From Naegleria gruberi (lineage: Eukaryota), in the NCBI GenBank assembly GCA_000004985.1, contig GG739315.1: a stretch of DNA of 1,847 nucleotides, one strand, 5' to 3'. The notes beneath the pieces were generated by a model. That model saw only the letters and a program-made list of their open reading frames with translations. It ran no database searches and was not told the DNA's origin. This document shows positions 1 through 1,847 of this stretch, in pieces (the stretch's first letter is position 1; every line of letters starts with the position of its first letter). The translations under genes were made by a program, and so were the position numbers.

Positions 1-684
1 GAATGGATTATATTCTAATTCCTCTGAAGTTTCCATATTTTTTTGAGAAACTGATCCAGTGGAAAGTGATGGGTTATATTCTACAAATTTTGACGATCCC
101 CAACAGATTTTTTGGGAAGCTGATCCTATACAAACCAGACATTCATGTACAAAATTAAAATCAGTCATTTGTAACAAATTCAAAATCTGACTCTTATTCT
201 TATAATACAAATATCCAAAATCTTTTGTCCATTCTTGAATTGGAGCAATAATATTTACAGGATGAAACAAGGAATCAGTCCAATCCATTCTTCCGTTTGT
301 TTTCTTCAATAATTCTCTAGTATAAAAATCAAGTTTAAAGCCTGGCATTCTTGTTTCGAAATTGGAAATTTCCTCTTCATCAACAGGCTCTTCATTCAGT
401 GCTCTCAGAATAAGATCTTCATCATTCAATTCCTTGAATATAGCCAAAAAGTCTCTCCTCTCCACAGATAGACAAGCCATCCTCAAATCAAGACAAACCA
501 ACTCGATCACCATTCGATGTTTTTCCTCTAAATAACTAATGATCAATTCTAAAGTATCGGGAGACATTAATTCTTTCCATCGGGTTTCAATTGATGAAGG
601 ATTTATATGATAGATACATGATGTTGATGATGATTCATTGTCCTCCTGTTTTTCTGATTCCTCGACTTCTCGTTCCGACAACAT
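1..684 (-). CDS. Protein-coding gene with its 5' end complete (ATG at 684..682) and its 3' end running off the window at position 1. It encodes an F-box-like domain protein. The N-terminal 228 aa read MLSEREVEESEKQEDNESSSTSCIYHINPSSIETRWKELMSPDTLELIISYLEEKHRMVIELVCLDLRMACLSVERRDFLAIFKELNDEDLILRALNEEPVDEEEISNFETRMPGFKLDFYTRELLKKTNGRMDWTDSLFHPVNIIAPIQEWTKDFGYLYYKNKSQILNLLQMTDFNFVHECLVCIGSASQKICWGSSKFVEYNPSLSTGSVSQKNMETSEELEYNPF...
   Basis: I translated the reverse complement by hand, codon by codon. Plus-strand frame 1 (positions 1-3, 4-6, ...) contains no TTA, CTA or TCA triplet from 1 to 771, so the minus frame is open for 228 codons. The first in-frame stop upstream of the ATG is TGA at 774..772, with no in-frame ATG between it and 684. 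The start context is A-rich with A at -3 (atcatcATGt) and has no Shine-Dalgarno. Residues ~36-74 (WKELMSPDTLELIISYLEEKHRMVIELVCLDLRMACLSV) fit the F-box pattern L-P-x-E-[IL]-L-x-x-I-[LF]-S-Y-L-[DE]...V-C. Codon usage (TTG/TTA Leu, AGA Arg, GAA Glu, AAT Asn) resembles Saccharomycetaceae. The ORF track omits it because no stop falls inside the window. Confidence 0.75.
   Translation of the reverse strand, partial: MLSEREVEESEKQEDNESSSTSCIYHINPSSIETRWKELMSPDTLELIISYLEEKHRMVIELVCLDLRMACLSVERRDFLAIFKELNDEDLILRALNEEPVDEEEISNFETRMPGFKLDFYTRELLKKTNGRMDWTDSLFHPVNIIAPIQEWTKDFGYLYYKNKSQILNLLQMTDFNFVHECLVCIGSASQKICWGSSKFVEYNPSLSTGSVSQKNMETSEELEYNPF
463..579 (-). other. F-box-like motif in the minus-strand ORF, residues ~36-74: WKELMSPDTLELIISYLEEKHRMVIELVCLDLRMACLSV.
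   Basis: This is a by-eye match to the F-box consensus (PF00646-type: LPdEil..Il.yLd..dL....VCk.W). The conserved hydrophobic positions are kept: L-x-P-x-x-L-x-L-I-x-S-Y-L, and V-C after a ~10-residue spacer. The usual Trp after V-C-K is replaced here by Leu (VCLDL). No profile search could be run. Confidence 0.45.
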
Positions 685-941
685 GATGATAAAAATCTTC
701 TCCCAACAAATATTTTTTTTGTGTTTAATTTTGGAAAGTTTACAATGTTTAAGAGCAGTGCCAAGTTCTTTTCATGAAATAGCACGTATTGAAATAAATT
801 GGTGTGAATAATGTTAAGTTTGCAAAAGAATATGAAAGTTTAAAAACTAATGAGACACCGTAGTAGAGCAAGTGAATGTGCTACGAAACCAAGATCAGGT
901 TGAACCACATTGCAAATGATTAATTACAAAAAATAGAGTTC

Positions 942-947
942 TATAAT
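942..947 (+). promoter_or_regulatory. TATA-like element (cTATAATtt) about 104 bp upstream of ATG 1051.
   Basis: TATAAT is a 1-mismatch fit to TATA(A/T)A(A/T). The spacing suits a yeast-style TATA-to-TSS distance of 40-120 bp, which would give a short 5'UTR for the plus-strand gene. This is sequence-only evidence with no expression data. Confidence 0.25.
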
Positions 948-989
948 TTCAGCAGTGTTACTTGGCAGCATTATCCAAAAACTGACCGA

Positions 990-996
990 TGACTAA
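990..996 (+). promoter_or_regulatory. AP-1-family site TGACTAA (Yap1-type YRE, or a Gcn4 half-consensus).
   Basis: This is an exact TGACTAA heptamer. Yeast bZIP factors bind TGACTAA (Yap family) and TGACTCA (Gcn4). A single 7-mer in 366 bp of AT-rich DNA has a modest chance expectation, so this is low confidence. Confidence 0.15.
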
Positions 997-1002
997 TTTC
1001 CT

Positions 1003-1010
1003 TATTTAAA
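1003..1010 (+). promoter_or_regulatory. Second TATA-like element, TATTTAAA, 41-48 bp upstream of ATG 1051.
   Basis: TATTTAAA has one mismatch to TATAAAAA-type boxes. If it is used with yeast spacing, the TSS would fall at or inside codons 1-25. In that case translation would begin at the second in-frame Met (1081), which still yields a good signal peptide. The alternative is that this is just AT-rich sequence. Confidence 0.2.
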
Positions 1011-1050
1011 CGTTCTAATATGGACTGATAACGCCAGCCCAGTAAAAAAA

Positions 1051-1134
1051 ATGGCACCACACAAATCTCTGCTCACAACAATGGTCGCCTTAATAGTAGT
1101 TACCTTAATACTCCTCGCCCCATCACTCTATGCC
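1051..1134 (+). other. Predicted N-terminal signal peptide or signal anchor, residues 1-28 (MAPHKSLLTTMVALIVVTLILLAPSLYA). The possible cleavage site is after Ala28, before ND.
   Basis: There is a positively charged n-region (H4, K5), then a ~17-residue uninterrupted hydrophobic stretch (MVALIVVTLILLA), then a small polar c-region (PSLYA with Ala at -1), and then N-D. One N-glycosylation sequon (N-N-T, FNNTAF) lies downstream, which fits a lumenal or extracellular domain. Without a predictor I cannot tell a cleaved signal from an uncleaved type II anchor. Confidence 0.55.
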
Positions 1135-1847
1135 AATGACTTGATTAACGCCAAGCTCGATACTACATATAATGTTAATTATCTTAATACAGAGGCTGAA
1201 CCTTCTGGTACTTATCTTTCATCTGAATACCAATATGATAATGCGTTTGGTCCGGTCACTGTGAATGATAATTTCCAAAACGTTCAAGTATTCTTTGAAC
1301 AACGCTTCAATAATACTGCGTTCGATTTTACACTTTCATTATTATCTGGAAAAGTTCTTCAACCAACAGCAACATTCGGAAAGTTGAAACTCTCAATGAA
1401 GTTGTACAATAATCCTGTGGAGAAGGTTGTGTTGAGATTTAATGCACCTTTGGGTATCTGGAATGTTGACCTGTTGAGACGTATGCAAGCTTACTTTTAT
1501 GATCCTACCACTTATACATCTGAATTAACTGTTCTTGGTGATCAATTTGGTGTCATTAGGAGATATATTAACATGTTTGAAGTTGAATTGAATTTGCCTT
1601 ATATTTTCCAAGCAATTCAAAAGACTGAATTTCAGCTTATTCTCTATACTGAAGACAGTCCTTTGGATCCAACTCCATTAGTTGATTATAGATGGATTGA
1701 AGTACCATATGCTGCATCATATGCTATGAAATTAGAATCAAATCCAAATTTCAATAGATACTTTACAATTGGATTCCCATCTATTACTCCTATTAATTAT
1801 ATGTTGTATCAACCTCCAAGATTCCTTCTTACTGAAGCTTATAATGT
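1051..1847 (+). CDS. Protein-coding gene with its 5' end complete (ATG at 1051) and its 3' end running off the window. It encodes a signal-peptide or signal-anchor protein of unrecognised family: MAPHKSLLTTMVALIVVTLILLAPSLYANDLINAKLDTTYNVNYLNTEAEPSGTYLSSEYQYDNAFGPVTVNDNFQNVQVFFEQRFNNTAFDFTLSLLSGKVLQPTATFGKLKLSMKLYNNPVEKVVLRFNAPLGIWNVDLLRRMQAYFYDPTTYTSELTVLGDQFGVIRRYINMFEVELNLPYIFQAIQKTEFQLILYTEDSPLDPTPLVDYRWIEVPYAASYAMKLESNPNFNRYFTIGFPSITPINYMLYQPPRFLLTEAYN...
   Basis: I translated frame 1 by hand from 1051 to 1845 and found no TAA, TAG or TGA: 265 full codons plus a partial one. The upstream in-frame stop is TAA at 994..996, with no in-frame ATG between 997 and 1050, so 1051 is the first ATG. 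The context aaaaaaaATGG is A-rich with A at -3, which is yeast-like, and there is no Shine-Dalgarno. Residues 9-28 form a hydrophobic core followed by polar ND. A second in-frame Met at codon 11 (1081) would give an even more canonical signal peptide, MVALIVVTLILLAPSLYA. The ORF track omits this gene because it lacks an in-window stop. Confidence 0.8.
   Translation, partial: MAPHKSLLTTMVALIVVTLILLAPSLYANDLINAKLDTTYNVNYLNTEAEPSGTYLSSEYQYDNAFGPVTVNDNFQNVQVFFEQRFNNTAFDFTLSLLSGKVLQPTATFGKLKLSMKLYNNPVEKVVLRFNAPLGIWNVDLLRRMQAYFYDPTTYTSELTVLGDQFGVIRRYINMFEVELNLPYIFQAIQKTEFQLILYTEDSPLDPTPLVDYRWIEVPYAASYAMKLESNPNFNRYFTIGFPSITPINYMLYQPPRFLLTEAYN

Larger units (their letters stand above)
685..1050. promoter_or_regulatory. 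Shared divergent intergenic promoter region between the two head-to-head genes.
   Basis: A 366-bp non-coding interval separates two outward-facing start codons. It contains T8 at 713-720 (A8 on the minus sense strand, 29-36 nt upstream of ATG 684), A6 at 927-932, and A7 at 1044-1050 abutting ATG 1051. It also has TATA-like elements and candidate transcription-factor sites, listed separately. Both ATGs sit in an A-rich context with A at -3 and no Shine-Dalgarno. This is the classic compact-yeast bidirectional promoter layout. Confidence 0.55.

Noticed and set aside
619-640. GATGA/TGA-rich run (catgatgttgatgatgattca) resembling a trinucleotide repeat.
   Set aside because: It lies inside the minus-strand CDS and simply encodes the Ser/Thr run (SSSTS) of the acidic N-terminus. 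It is not a microsatellite array, CRISPR repeat or regulatory repeat.
603-785. The only ORF in the supplied track: 60 aa, minus strand, GTG start, MLFHEKNLALLLNIVNFPKLNTKKIFVGRRFLSSCCRNEKSRNQKNRRTMNHHQHHVSII.
   Set aside because: It starts with GTG, which is not a normal eukaryotic initiator. It spans the promoter and 5'UTR of the 228-codon minus-strand gene and its first ~27 codons in the +1 frame. Its basic, His-rich C-terminus is just the frame-shifted reading of that gene's GAA/GAG/TCA-rich acidic region. It has no signal or ribosome-binding site and is short and low-complexity, so it is almost certainly a chance ORF.
864-886. Short imperfect inverted repeat, GTAG..AGCA / TGCT.CTAC, with an 8-nt loop.
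   Set aside because: It has only ~6 bp of pairing and includes a bulge. That is within chance expectation and there is no flanking T-run, so I judge it not to be a terminator or a structured RNA.
862-910. tRNA-like words: AGCAAGTGAATG, vaguely A-box-like, and GGTTGAACC, near the B-box GGTTCGANNCC.
   Set aside because: Both boxes mismatch their consensus; the B-box lacks the C of TTCGA. The spacing is only ~25 nt, and I cannot fold a cloverleaf with acceptor, D, anticodon and T stems. I judge it not to be a tRNA gene.
685-1050. Spliceosomal intron signals (GTATGT 5' splice site, TACTAAC branch point) near either start codon.
   Set aside because: Neither GTATGT nor TACTAAC occurs on either strand in the relevant regions. 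Both ORFs read through cleanly from their ATGs, so there is no evidence for introns within the window.
1-1847. Search for CRISPR repeats, IS or transposon terminal inverted repeats, an integrase or recombinase, toxin-antitoxin pairs, or an operon-like defence module.
   Set aside because: There are no direct repeats of 20 bp or more with regular spacing and no terminal inverted repeats. Both genes show eukaryotic start contexts and are divergently arranged, not co-directional with short gaps. Nothing supports a prokaryotic mobile or defence system.

Overview
The window is AT-rich and looks like compact budding-yeast-type eukaryotic nuclear DNA, not prokaryotic sequence. Its main content is two long, divergently oriented protein-coding ORFs, both truncated at the window edges, so the supplied ORF track lists neither. 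On the minus strand, an ATG at 684 opens a frame that runs leftwards past position 1: 228 codons with no stop. It encodes an acidic, Ser-rich N-terminus followed by an F-box-like motif. On the plus strand, an ATG at 1051 opens a frame that runs to 1847 and beyond: at least 265 codons. It encodes an N-terminal signal peptide or signal anchor and then an Asn/Tyr/Phe/Thr-rich, presumably lumenal or extracellular, domain of a family I do not recognise. Between the two lies a 366-bp shared divergent promoter region (685..1050). It has poly(dA:dT) tracts, two imperfect TATA-like elements, an AP-1/Yap-like TGACTAA, a GATAA, and A-rich contexts immediately 5' of both ATGs; neither start has a Shine-Dalgarno sequence. 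The only ORF in the supplied track (603..785, minus strand, 60 aa, GTG start) overlaps the 5' end of the F-box-like gene out of frame and is most likely spurious. I see no CRISPR array, mobile-element termini, RNA genes or prokaryotic operon/defence architecture. I cannot point to a novel 'system' here and say so plainly. The notable content is the two genes missing from the ORF track, the unassigned secretory protein, and the promoter architecture.
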